From NCBI GenBank assembly GCA_002269645.1, contig NIVC01001201.1, positions 272,806-336,805 of the forward strand: a DNA stretch of 64,000 bases, written 5' to 3'. Positions 31,767 through 57,804 of this stretch are shown piece by piece. Origin of the DNA: Macrostomum lignano. Taxonomy: Eukaryota. Position numbers and translations under genes: made by a program. Every line of letters starts with the position of its first letter. Position 1 is the stretch's first letter. The notes beneath the pieces were generated by a model. That model saw only the letters and a program-made list of their open reading frames with translations, did not search any database and was not told where the DNA came from.

Positions 31767-34522
31767 TCTCTACATATAAAAATCAAAACTCTGTGTGTGG
31801 ACAATTTTGATCGCTATGGACTCCCAAACCGCTCAACCAAATTACACCAAACTTTACACCCACCCTAAACTTACTACGGAGAATGTCTTAGGCTACCTTT
31901 TAATTTCCTAAATTTGAGTCTTCCTACCTAAAAGTGCAAAAAACTGCTCAAAATGCGCAATTTTTTCACTAAATCCTCCATAGCGCCGCTCCACTTCTAC
32001 CGATTCTCTTCAAATTTGACACAGACAATTTTCAACTATTTTGGCACAATCATGTAAAATTTAGAGTCTGAAAGTTAATCCTGAACGGCGCTGTGCACTT
32101 TTAAAGTTTGGCTGTTTTTTTCAGCGAGGCAGCCACCCCAACCTCCGCCCGCCTGCCTCTCTTTCCCGATCTGGGCAAAGGGTGTGAGTAGGTTTTAAAA
32201 TGCCTAACTTTCGGCTGCCATAGTTTTGCTCCACGTGAAGCGATTGACTTCAAATTTGACACAATTCTTTATTGACTCATTCTCTGTCTACATGTAAAGT
32301 CTCAACTCTGTATCTCAATCAGGACAGAAACTGTAAGCATGTGAATTTTGTCTGCTTTTCTGTTGTTTGTGCCTCTCACTCACTCATTCCCCCAGCCCAG
32401 ACGAAGGGTCAGGCGATAGGGCTCAATGTACTTAGCGAATGTACAGTGTTTTGGAATAACTTTTTAATAGCCTTCTCGGCACCCGCGCGCGGAGAGGCGT
32501 GGAGAGGAGAGACAGTTTCAGCGAGAGATTCAAACCACTGTCCTCTGTATAGACAAGTCTGCAGCAGTTTAACAGTGGATGGCAAATCAAGGCGATATGG
32601 GATGGTTTGTAAAAGCGAAAAATTAATAACTGATTAGTAGTGATTACAATGCAATCCTACTAAATTAGTTACACCATGAAAATTTTAACATTAAGATTCG
32701 CATAAGGTACTTTAAAATTTAAATGGCTCCTAAGAAATACGTATTTCCTTGGTTGTTAGACTGCTGCAGACTGTGGTGGTGGAGCTGGGCTGGAGGGAGA
32801 TACACAAATTCCTCTCAGGGCTGCTAATTGGCCAGAAATATGATGTGATTAAAGCATAACAACCATGAGAGTACTACGTCCCACAAACGCTTTCGAAGCG
32901 GGGATTGGCAGACTTTAACCTCAAATGCCAGATAAAGAATGCAGCTCATGGCTGATGAGATGAGAGTTAAAAGGAGAAGCAATAGACTATAAGAAGAGAG
33001 GAGAAGCGAGAGGAGGATAAGAGAAAAGATAGAAGACAAGAAGAGAGCTGATGAGGTAAGGATAAGGAGTGAGCAGATAATATTGGAGTAAGAAGCGAGA
33101 GGAGAAGAGAGAGAAGAGAGAGGAAAGAGTAGAAGTGAGAAGAGGGAGAGAGAAGATGGGAGAGATGAGACAGGATCGATGACAGAGGAGAGTAGACAAG
33201 AGTGAGAAGAGAGTAGAGATGAGAGATGAAGGAGGAGAGAGCAGAGTGCAGAAAGGCGAGAGAAGAGAATAGAGGGGAGAGAGTATAGTAGAGAGAAGAG
33301 GAGTAAGGAAAGAGAGGAATCAGAAGAGGGTAAAGAGAAGAGTACACTGAAAATTGGAGAGTACAGATGACAGAAAAGAGAGGGGATGAGAGCGAACACG
33401 ATATCTGAGAGGAAAGAGGAGAGAGGAGTCAGATGAGGGGAAAGAGAAGAGTACAGAGGAGAGAGGTGAGAACATACGAGTATACGAGAGTAAAGATGAC
33501 AGATGAGAGAGGGAAGATAAGACTGAGAGAGCAAAGACGAGAGATGGGAGAGTAGAGAAAAAGGATAGATAAGAAATAAGAGATGAGAGATGAAAGGTGA
33601 GACAAAGGGAGAGAGAGAGAGAGAGAAGTGAGTGAAGAAAGAGGAGGGGAGGGGAGAGAATCGAGAGGACAGGGGAAAGAGGGGAAAGGATGAGAGAGGG
33701 GAGAGGAGAGAGAGGGAGAGATAGAGGTAGAGAGCATGCAGAGAGAAATGAGAAGAGATAAGAGAGAAAAGATAAAAGAAGAGAAAGGAGAGATAGATAA
33801 GAGAGCAAAGACGAGAGAGGAGAGGCGAAGGAAGAGACGATAGAAGAGAGGAGAGGAGAGGAGAGAGACGAGAGAGTACAGAGTACAGAAGAGGGAGGAG
33901 AGGAGAAAGGAGAGAGGAGAAGTGTTCGGAGAGGGTAGAGTAAGGAGTGAGAAGAGGGGAGAGGGAAGAGAGAATAGAGAGCAGAGAGAAGAGAGTAGAG
34001 AGCAGAGAGAAAATAGAGTAGAGAGGAGAGAGAAGAGAGAGTAGAGAGCAGAGGGAAGATAGAATAGAGAGCAGAGAGAAATAGGAAGAGATGAAACAGG
34101 AGAAAGGGAGAGATAAGAGAGCAGAGAGGAGAGGAGAGGAGAGAAATTATTAAGAGGGAATAGACGAGAGAAGAGGGGATAGAGGAGAGAGAGAAGAGAC
34201 CACAGACCAGAGAGAAGAGAGAAAACAGAAGAAAAGGTAAAGATAGAAGTTTCTAAGGATCCAACTTCCAAGGGACACAAGGAGAGGCAGAGGCCATGAG
34301 TTTGCCTGACATTCTGTGCAGCACCCCAACCAACAATATTAATGTTTGCTTTAAATACTAATTGTACACGAATGTACTCTATTTTATGTTTAACTCTATC
34401 CTAAATTCCTAACTATTAACAAGTTTTTGTTTGTGTATGGCCTTAGATTTCAGAATACATGCAAAAGTAGTTCCGGGTATTGGAATTCCCCGGGTTCAAA
34501 ATCCGCGGGTTTCAACAGCTTG
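31767..34522 (+). mobile_element. Non-autonomous Helitron-like element, copy 2, head-to-tail with copy 1
   Basis: TCTCTACATATAAAA begins immediately after the CTTG of copy 1. Same 3' hairpin (34488-34509) and CTTG followed by T. Unique parts roughly 90-95% identical to copy 1 by eye. GA-rich tract at about 32960-34250. Confidence 0.7.
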
Positions 34523-35879
34523 TATAATATATATTGTACTCGGGACTGGGCACCCAAGCCGACCCGGGTCACAACAAAAGGAATGGTAGATCAAATGCGG
34601 ATACTGCAACGTGTTGTACTAATGTCTGGCTAAGATCGACCAAGTTTTTGAGTGTCTGCAACAAGTGCTCATGTGTCAAAAGTGATTGGAAATCGATCAG
34701 AGTAGTGACTTTTTAATATTTTGCTTGAAATCAGGCAAAATAACGCAATAGGACGGCAATATTTTAATGACGCCTGATTTCCCACATAACGAGGCATATT
34801 TGTGTGCAATTTCTAGAGATTCGACTCATTGGGAAAAAAATTATCGATAAAAAACTGAAAACTTGACTTTTTACTTTTATGTTAGTTCCGGGGCTATTTA
34901 AACTGGAAATGGTAGGAATTTTGCACTGAAATCAATGCAGAGTGTTCCATATAGTTAATTTAACAAATTTCTTGAATTTCATAACCATTCGATGTTTTTT
35001 CATGTAAAAAATGCCTTTTTTGCATCGAAATTCATCACATTAAGCTGCATACCGCTTTGCATAATCTGCATTTGCATGCGATTGCTTGCATAGCTTTGGC
35101 GTTAGGCTAAGTTAAGCTGGTTAGAAAGGAAAGGAAAGGAAAGGAAAGGAAGGAATATTCGTACATACAATGTACACACCCGTCCCTTCCAAGTGGGGTT
35201 GTGGCAACGAGAGAGGGCTTGGCGGCTTGGTTTGGAGGGCGTGTAATAGAGCTTCATTTGACTCGCGCACAGACCAAGGGAAATTAGATCGATAAACGGG
35301 CGTCACGTGATTAAAATTTCGTATTAAATTTAGCTCTTCAACTGCACATTTGAATTGCAAGCCCAGTACAAAGTTTGTCGGGCGCAAGATCCAAGTCACT
35401 ACGTGTACAATCCTCCCCCGACTAAAAAGTCAGACGATAAGGCTTCTGAAGTACAGGTATGTACAGTGTTTTGGAAAGACTTTATTTATAGCTTTCTTTG
35501 CAACTCCGTTGGAGAATGAAGAGCATTAGGGTAACTTAAGTGTACTATCTGATTGAGTTGAGAGTACGAGGTTTACGTTTATGTCCCACAAAACTGGCCT
35601 GACTTTCCAAGCACTTAAGCTAGAGGCGAGAGGAGAGGAGATAAGAGACTAGAGAGAGATTAGAGTGGAGAGAAACAGAACAGACAAAGAGAGAAAATGG
35701 GAGAAGTAGAGATTTAAATTTTTATTGAGCTTCTCAAAGTTCTTTTTCATCGGTTCAAAACTAGGTTTATCAAGTAGTATGAAGACCCACGTCTAAAAAG
35801 AAGCCCGTTCACTGGTGGCAAAAAGACGTGTGCGTCTTCATACTACTTGTTTATTCTGCTCAAGCACAAAGTTCGTAGT

Positions 35880-36150
35880 GGTAGAGAGAGAGCAGGGAGG
35901 GCGAGAGTCGGGCGAGGGCCGGGCGCGCACATAAATACTGGGTGAGCACTGAGCAGGGGACTGAGGTGGGTGGGCTTAGCCACGCAGGGCTGGGGGGTGG
36001 GGGCAAAACTCAGAGAGTTGAAGGGCGAGAAAGAAGAAAGGGAAGGCTAGCCAATCAGGTGCCTCCGCGGCGAGACACATGATTGGACTAGCCCACGCGA
36101 GAGAGAGACGAAAAGACGCCAGCCAATGAAAATGTGGGTAAATGAAATTG
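35880..36150 (-). promoter_or_regulatory. CCAAT/TATA promoter-like module
   Basis: Minus strand: ATTGG, CCAATC and GATTGG boxes upstream of TATTTAT at about 35930. A similar module lies at 25050-25215 (+). No transcript evidence. Confidence 0.3.
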
Positions 36151-37212
36151 GGAAAAACAAAATGAATAGCAGCTTTAGACGGAGGGGGGCCAGAAAAAAC
36201 CAGTGGCAGGGAGAGGAGGGGCGGAGAGCGCAGGGGTCGGGGAAAGGGCATTGTGAGGCGCAGCTCACAACACTCAACTCTGCACTGCTTCAGTTCACCC
36301 AGCTGTAAAATGGGTGCCAGAATTATCTGGGGTAATTGAGGGTGTGTGTGGCGCCCCCCATTCTTGGACTTAACAGCCATGCGCAGGGTTCAGATGCGCC
36401 GCGCAATAGCTGCGGCTGAGCTGTCGGTTGCACATAAAAAACTTGTTTGTTATTAATTATTATTATTATTACTATATATATATAAACTCATGGCCATATG
36501 GAATTTTCATAAATTAATCGAAAAGGGATGCTGTTCGAATTCCTGTTGTGTTAAATAATGAAGAACATCTGGGATTAATTTTTCTGCTCTTGTCCTTGAG
36601 AGAAGAGACTGCCTGACACTCAGTGCAAGGGCAGATTGCCTTCGCTGAATTACTGAATCCCTTCGCCCACGCTGTTTCGGGACAGGGGGTGAGTGTTTTT
36701 AGGGTGAGGGGTCAAACCGGCGGGCTCAATGTACATTCAACAAGCTAAGTACATTTCTCTGCGAAGGAGAGAGCCGCGAGGGCCGCAGCCTACACTGGGG
36801 CTGTGGTTATCGCTCGCCCGACAGGAAGGGGGAGGGGAGAGGGGCCACAACGTACACTGAGGCTGTGGTTATCGGAAGACGGAGGGGAGGGGGGCTGCTG
36901 CGGGAGGAAGACACGACTGTAAGCGGCTGGGACAGGAGAGAGCTGAAAGGAGGGGAGGCGAAGAGCGGAGAGAGGCGAGAAGGCAGAACGGGGCTTCCCG
37001 GCCTCTCCCAGGCATCAGTGCAGTTGAGCATCCAATGTCGGAGCCGGCACAGGGGGGGGGGTTGGGGATGAGAAATGATTGAGGAGGGATTTGCGACCGA
37101 CAACCCAGCTCAAGTCGGTCCTTAGCCAGTTCTGCCTCCCACCGAAGGCTTGGGAACGCAGAGAATTTTTGTTTTGCAAAAGCTATCGAGCCAGGCCTTG
37201 CAGAGAGAAGGC

Positions 37213-45493
<8,281 letters not shown>

Positions 45494-45934
45494 TCGGCTG
45501 TCTAAAGGAGACTGCCATCACTACTATTTAGTAGCAGAAATGAGTAGTAAAATTCTCAAATTTAAAAATGACGGCAGTTCGAAAAATTCCCGGAAATCTG
45601 GGCCGACTCGACAGCTGAAAGGGCCGCAAATCTCTGTTTGCATCGTTATAAACTAAAACTTCATGTTCTGACTAAATTAGAAATTAGAGATTTATTCTGT
45701 CGTGTAAAACTGCCATTATGTCCAAATGGTATTAATTTCAGTTCAGCATAAAGACAAATTTGAAAAGCTGCAACATTAGCAGAGAAATTTTAACAAATAT
45801 ATCGATTAATAATTATTTTTTTGTCTGTGTCATCATCATTGAGAAAAAAGAGTGCATTGCTTTCTTGCCTATGAGCTCCGCCACGTGACTCCACTTTCAG
45901 TTGTATTTTCACTTGCAAGAGTTTCATTCCTGAC

Positions 45935-46530
45935 TTGAGTCATGGTTTCCTCTCTACTCAACCTCTACTCTCTCAGTCTCTCTACTCAACTCTCTCAATA
46001 AACCTCTACTCTCTCTATCTCTACTCTCTCTATCTCTACTCTCTCAATCTATATTCTCTCAATCTCTACTCTCTCAATCTCTACTCTCTCAATCTCTACT
46101 CTCTCAATCTATATTCTCTCAATCTCTACTCTCAATCTCTACTCTCTCAATAAACATCTACTCTCTTAATCTCTACTCTCTCAATCTCTACTCTCTTAAT
46201 CTCTACTTTCTCAGTCTACTCTCTCAGTCTCTACTCTCTCAATCACTACTCTCTCAATCTCTACTCTCAATAAATATCTACCCTCTCAGTCTACTCTCTC
46301 AGTCTGCTTCTCTCAATCTCTACTCTCTCAATCTCTACTCTCTCAATCTCTACTCTCCCAATCTCTACTTTCTCAATCTCTACTCTCAATCCCTGCTCTC
46401 TCAATCTCTACTCTCTTAATCTCTACTTTCTCAATCTCTACTCTCTCAATCTCTACTCTCAATAAATCCCTACTCTCTCAGTCTACTCTCTCAGTCTGCT
46501 TCTCTCAGTCTTTGCTCTCTCAATCTCAAC
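45935..46530. repeat. About 15-bp CT-rich minisatellite CTCTACTCTCTCAAT
   Basis: Seen directly. Confidence 0.93.
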
Positions 46531-47213
46531 TCTGTCAGGCCAGATGCTTGTCACGACATGCACAGAGTAAAAAGCTCGCACAGAAGCGAGCTCGCATCCC
46601 CAGCTGCAATCGCAGTCGAAATCTGTGGAACAAAGCTGCATGCTCACAGCAGCTGTTGACATGCAAACAGCGTCACTCTCAGGCCCGCATCCGGTGACAA
46701 AAGCTGCTCAGAAAAGCGGCTGAAAGCAGAGCAGCAAAGCGAATGCAAAACAGCAATGGAAATTTTGCCTGCAAGATGCATTGATGTGCCGGCAGTTTGG
46801 TGTATTTGGATAATTGCCTCCCAATCTGAGTCTGCAGAACAAAGAGCGCGTGCTCAGTCAGGCGAGGCATTCCCTTTGTCACGCATTTTTCGAGTCGATT
46901 GCACCTGAAGCATATTGCTCACTGAACACAGCCGGCTTTTACCTTGCCGTCTGGCTCTGCAGCCGCTCTAATTTTAGCCAATTTGCTGACGAGTTTTAAA
47001 TCCGAGCGTTACATTCAGCTTGCATTTTCACTGCATGTTGCCGCTGATTTTTTAGCCTAGCATTTTATTTTAATTTCAAAGTCATCTGTTCTGATCTGAG
47101 AACTATTGATTAAAATTACAAGTATTTTTTATTTTAAGTAGAATCAGATTTGTGAGAGTCTGCTTGTTGAGTTATAATTAGAGTCATGATTTGGTAAGTC
47201 ATGGTTTAGATAG

Positions 47214-48651
47214 GGTCATAGTTTAAGGAGTCATAGCACGGAGAGAGTCATAGTTTAAGGAGTCATAGCACGGAGAGAGTCATAGTTTAAGGAGTCATAG
47301 CACGGAGAGAGTCATAGTTTATGGAGTCATAGCACGGAGAGAGTCATAGTTTAAGGAGTCATAGCACGGAGAGAGTCATAGTTTATGGAGTCATAGCACG
47401 GAGAGAGTCATAGTTTATGGAGTCATAGCACGGAGAGAGTCATAGTTTATGGAGTCATAGCACGGAGAGAGTCATAGTTTATGGAGTCATAGCACGGAGA
47501 GAGTCATAGTTTAAGGAGTCATAGCACGGAGAGAGTCATAGTTTAAGGAGTCATAGCACGGAGAGAGTCATAGTTTAAGGAGTCATAGCACGGAGAGAGT
47601 CATAGTTTATGGAGTCATAGCACGGAGAGAGTCATAGTTTATGGAGTCATAGCACGGAGAGAGTCATAGTTTATGGAGTCATAGCACGGAGAGAGTCATA
47701 GTTTATGAAGTCATAGCACGGAGAGAGTCATAGTTTATGGAGTCATAGCACGGAGAGAGTCATAGTTTATGGAGTCATAGCACGGAGAGAGTCATAGTTT
47801 AAGGAGTCATAGCACGGAGAGAGTCATAGTTTATGGAGTCATAGCACGGAGAGAGTCATAGTTTAAGGAGTCATAGCACGGAGAGAGTCATAGTTTATGG
47901 AGTCATAGCACGGAGAGAGTCATAGTTTATGGAGTCATAGCACGGAGAGAGTCATAGTTTATGGAGTCATAGCACGGAGAGAGTCATAGTTTAAGGAGTC
48001 ATAGCACGGAGAGAGTCATAGTTTATGGAGTCATAGCACGGAGAGAGTCATAGTTTATGGAGTCATAGCACGGAGAGAGTCATAGTTTAAGGAGTCATAG
48101 CACGGAGAGAGTCATAGTTTAAGGAGTCATAGCACGGAGAGAGTCATAGTTTATGGAGTCATAGCACGGAGAGAGTCATAGTTTATGGAGTCATAGCACG
48201 GAGAGAGTCATGGTTTAAGGAGTCATAGCACGGAGAGAGTCATAGTTTAAGGAGTCATAGCACGGAGAGAGTCATAGTTTAAGGAGTCATGGCACGGAGA
48301 GAGTCATAGTTTATGGAGTCATAGCACGGAGAGAGTCATAGTTTAAGGAGTCATGGCACGGAGAGAGTCATAGTTTATGGAGTCATAGCACGGAGAGAGT
48401 CATAGTTTAAGGAGTCATGGCACGGAGAGAGTCATAGTTTATGGAGTCATAGCACGGAGAGAGTCATAGTTTAAGGAGTCATAGCACGGAGAGAGTCATA
48501 GTTTAAGGAGTCATGGCACGGAGAGAGTCATAGTTTATGGAGTCATAGCACGGAGAGAGTCATAGTTTAAGGAGTCATAGCACGGAGAGAGTCATAGTTT
48601 ATGGAGTCATAGCACGGAGAGAGTCATAGTTTAAGGAGTCATAGTTTAAGG
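47214..48651. repeat. Homogeneous 32-bp satellite GGAGTCATAGCACGGAGAGAGTCATAGTTTA(A/T), about 45 copies
   Basis: Seen directly. Confidence 0.98.
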
Positions 48652-49111
48652 AAGTGTCGAAAGTGCGAAAGATTTTCGGACACGCCTTGTAGATTTTATA
48701 ATTCGCAGTGGATTACAAAGCGTCAAAACTTTTGGCTGAGTTATCCGGTCTCGAAATTATTTTCAACATTTTTCAGGCTCTGCAGCTCAGGTGAGCACAG
48801 TGTACGGTGCGCACTCTGGGTGAGTGCTGGAACTGAGGACACTGCTCAGGCAAGCACCCCCACAGTGCGGTGACTGCAGAACTGCAGTAATCTTATCGTT
48901 GCAAGCACAAATTTATCAGCCGAGGCGCCTGAGAACACGATAGCGAGTTTCAGTTTGGCAAAGGGCCCGGGGGGGGGGGTGCTTGGCCTTGAAGTTCTGA
49001 CAAAAATATCAGCAAAAAACGGACAAATTATTTTTATTTTCAGCGAGTTCGGTCATAAAAAAGTGTATTTGCGAGTGAAACGCTGGGTAATTGCTGATGA
49101 TAGTTATGTAC

Positions 49112-53855
<4,744 letters not shown>

Positions 53856-54241
53856 GTTGGAGGGTTGGGGATTGACGGACCCCCGGCCGCGGGAATTGAC
53901 GGCTCCCGAGCCGTGTGATAGTTATGTAATCGATACTGAAAATATGATTCGTAGCACCTGTGCTTGTTAGTTTGTACATAGTTACTTCAGGTTATCTGAG
54001 TTAGAAAGAAAAACAAAATATTGACTCGGTTTTAAAGGCCAATTCTGAAAAACTGACTCAATTCGGGTAGTTCATTGCTCACAGAAGAACTTCTTACCGG
54101 AGGGATAAGTTCTGACTAACAATCGTGCCTAGGCCTATGGGGTCCCCGGGTTCGATTCCCATCAACGTCACTCCACATCAGCTGATGGCAGTCCTGACAC
54201 TCAGAGTTCGCGCTGACCAGCTCCACAGTCGTCGAAGGCCT

Positions 54242-56108
54242 TCAGCTGAGTGGCACCGCACTGACCCCGGGTTCGCCAGGCTGGCAGAAGTACACGGTGA
54301 ATTCCTCGGCGTTGAAGGCGCAGCCGGCCTCGTTGTCGCAGTAGAGGCGGCGCCGGTCCAGCCAGGGGTGCCGGGCGGCGCTCAGCTCGGCAGTGCGCAG
54401 CTCCGGCTCCGCCCCGGTGTCGTGCGGCTTCGCCGTGGCGAAGTGCGCAAACAGCGGCGGAGGGAGCGACGCCTCCGTTGGCGACGGTGGCGCAGTCAGG
54501 AGGTCCAGCGTGCGGAGGAGGGCGAAGCTCGGCGGCTGGTTGGCGAACACGGACACGCGGCCGAGCTGGCAGTCGGTGATGTACACGCAGCGCAGGCTGG
54601 TGCTCACCGCGCTGATTCGCGCGAGTCCCGGATGCTTGATGCAGCTGTTCAGCCTCTGCAGCTGCTGCTGCTGCTGCGGGTACAGCGGGCAGTTGAACAC
54701 CTCGACAGTCGCCGTGCCGCCGTTAATGACAAACAGGCGCTCGTTGAGGTCGTCGTGGTGCAGCCGCGCGGCAGGTTCAGGCCCGTCAGCTGCAGCCGGC
54801 AGGCGCCGCACAGGTCCGCCGCCAGCACACGGTTGTTCGGCCCGTCAGCCAAGAACAGCAGCTGAGCGCGCCGGCTAAAGTGCAGCGCCTCGAAGCGGCT
54901 GGCCGGCGCCCCGGCCGCGGCCGGGCAGGCGTCGAAGGACAGGCGCATACCTGTGAGCAGCTGGCCGGCAGTGGACAGCACCAGCAGCTGCGAGCCGCCG
55001 CTCTCGGCCGGCGCCACTCCGTACAGCACCACGTCCGGCAGCGTCGACCAGCCAAACCAGCCGCGCTGCCGCTTCACGCCGAACTTCGGCTTGTAGAAAA
55101 GCGCCTGCGAGGGCCGCACGATGGCCAGGTCCGCCAGCTTCGCGCCGCCGGTGTCCAGTCGCCTCGCCGCGGCGCCCTGAGTCTGCTGCGGCTGCGGCTG
55201 CGTGCCTGACTGCTCATCCTGCGGCTTCGGTTGCGGAGATTCGTCAGCCGTCGAGCCGAGCAGCTCGGAGTGAAGCTCGGCCAGCAGGTTGAGCAGGCAG
55301 GGAAACACCCGGCAGGCGCTGCTCCGCTGCTGGCGCCGGAATTCGCTCAGAATCGCCGAGACGTCGGCGCTGCGTCCGGCCAGCCGACCCTTCACCGCCA
55401 GCTGAAACTCTTCGCCGAACGCGCCGCCGCGGCAAGGAGCCGACTGGCTGCTCGGCGGGACGGAGTCGGACCCCAGGATGGACAGCAGCTCCTCCCAGTT
55501 GCTGACAAGCTCCGGGCGGGTGTCGCTGCACCGAACCTCCTCGGTGGCCTCCTCGCCCGCGGCGGAGCTCAGCGTCTTCAGCTGTTCCTCCAGCTGCGCC
55601 GTCCGCCGCCTGAGCTCGGCCGCCTCCTCGTGAAGCCGCAGTCGGTGACGCTCGAAGATGGCATCCGCTTCGGCGAAGATGGCGTCAAAAATGGCCAACA
55701 GCTCCTCGTGGAGGCGGCGGTGCGCCAGCTGGTTCCGTTCGAGGGCCGCGGCGTCAGCCTCCACCAGCTGCGCCCTGCGCGGAGCGTCTCGACCCGCTGG
55801 CCGGCCAGCTCGAGCTCCGCGCTCCATGCCGAGCTGCGCACTGAAAACTCGGCGACGTCGTCGAGTCGGCGACCGCTGATGCCGCTGCGCGGCGGCGCGG
55901 AAACTTTCGCCAACTTGTGCGCCTGCGGAGGCGTTGAAGACTGCGGCTGGTGCGGCTGCTGCGGCTTCGAGGGCTGGCGCTTTCGGTAGCGGTGCTTGGC
56001 GCCCTCGCTGCGGCCTCCGCGGCTTTCGGGCAGCCAGCCCTCGTCGACGCTGAACTCCTGGACGAAGCTTCCTACAGGGCCGTGCACCGGGTCAAGGACG
56101 GATAGCAT
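54242..56108 (-). CDS. Coiled-coil plus NHL/beta-propeller-like protein, about 622 aa, single coding exon with two 1-nt losses (about 55774 and 54764)
   Basis: Three consecutive ORFs join by adding one base at each junction. The second repair gives GLNLPRGLHHDDLNERLFVINGG, an NHL-type repeat; also LFLADGPNNRV and VYITDCQLGRVSVF. An alternative start at 55827 is possible. Confidence 0.6.
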
Positions 56109-57289
56109 GATGCTGTGCTGCTTGTCTGTCTTGTGAGTTTCCAACTTTGGCTTGGAGCTGCTGCCAGGGTCTTGTGTGCTTTTTATACACCTTAGTTGTG
56201 TGAGGCCCTGCTGTGTACTCAGACTGCGTACAGAGAGAGACAGAGCGAGAGAGTACGATTAGAGACGGCGCAGAGGTCTGGCAAAAACGAAATCATTAAA
56301 AAACATTCTTTGACAGCAACCAAGCCATGCCTTTGCTATGCATTTTTGTACTTGAGTAAATACAGCCAAGTAGAGAGTCACGCGCTGTGCCTGTATGAGC
56401 TCTGTAACAGGTAGGATTTTGCGTCCTGCCTGCACCTTCTGCTCACGTCGGATAAGAAAGAATTGAACTCGAAGCACGGAATTGCTGGGCCCAGGCTGCT
56501 TCGGTCTACAGCCCAGCCGAGGCAATGGCCATGCCTTTAGGCCGCAGATGCGGCCGAGAGAAAAGTGAAGCCAGCGCCTACACTGTCTTTCTTTTTATTT
56601 AAAACACTGCAGAACTGGCGCTTGGGAACGAAAGTTCTTATAAGCTACATAGAACAAAAGCAAATTACGCAGCAAGTTTTAGGTGCAGCCGTCCTTCGCA
56701 AATATGACTGAATTTTATGCAGCTCACAAGCTCTGGCTTGTGAGGCAGTGGTCAGATGCTTAATTGTCCGCAGGCAGAAGTCTGAGGCCAGAGCTTACGT
56801 CTCCCTCTCCACTCATTAGAACCTGACTACTTAGGTCATTGATGGAGGGTCGCTTTGTGGGATGCAGTTGATGCCAGCGGTTTAACCGGCGCTGCAACTC
56901 ATCTATCGAAATTATATTGCAGCAGAGTAAACAGAAGGGGGAGGGAGCTACAGGTGGAAGCAGCTCACCTCACCTGCCAGAGCCGCTGAGCTGGTGGGTT
57001 GGGGTGGGTGTTTTGGAAAAAATTATCCTATTTTCAAGCTTATCAGCCGCTGTTCCGAGATGTTATTGGTTGCTAGGCAAAAATGAGAGAAAACACAGGG
57101 CGGCATGGGGTGGCCACTCCGTAAAAAATATTTTTTTAACTCTTAGTTAAATTTTTTAACTCACCTCACCAGCTGCTGTGCGCCTGTAGCAATACCTGAG
57201 CTTGCGATTCTGCAGAGCTAACAAGCTTATGAGCTGTCTCAACTTGGTGAGTATAAACTTCTGCTCTTTGCCTGCGAGTGTCACCCTGG

Positions 57290-57710
57290 CTGAGTCCGCT
57301 CTCTGATGGCTGGTGTGCGATGCCACAGACAGTGACTGAGTCCGCTCTCTGATGGCTGGTGTGCGATGCCACAGACAGTGACTGAGTCCGCTCTCTGATG
57401 GCTGGTGTGCGATGCCACAGACAGTGACTGAGTCCGCTCTCTGATGGCTGGTGTGCGATGCCACAGACAGTGACTGAGTCCGCTCTCTGATGGCTGGTGT
57501 GCGATGCCACAGACCGTGACTGAGTCCTGCTCTCTGATGGCTGGTGTGCGATGCCACAGACAGTGACTGAGTCCGCTCTCTGATGGCTGGTGTGCGATGC
57601 CACAGACAGTGACTGAGTCCGCTCTCTGATGGCTGGTGTGCGATGCCACAGACCGTGACTGAGTCCTGCTCTCTGATGGCTGGTGTGCGATGCCACAGAC
57701 CGTGACTGAG
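57290..57710. repeat. 46-bp tandem repeat, about 9 copies, ending roughly 95 bp upstream of the PKD1-like ATG
   Basis: Unit GAGTCCGCTCTCTGATGGCTGGTGTGCGATGCCACAGACAGTGACT. Confidence 0.97.
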
Positions 57711-57804
57711 TCACTGCTGTCTGGCTTCGTGCATTTATACGTAGTTCAGTCATTTTGCCCGTGTTTCGCATTTTGTGCAGTCCTCTTCACCTCTGGCGGC
57801 AGCA

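Noticed and set aside
30767-34280. Long Leu/Ser-rich minus-strand and Arg/Glu-rich plus-strand ORFs
   Set aside because: Products of GA/CT low-complexity tracts inside the Helitron-like units.
48665-48691. Tc1/mariner-like terminal inverted repeat (reverse complement TACAAGGCGTGTCCGAAAA)
   Set aside because: No partner TIR or transposase found in the window.
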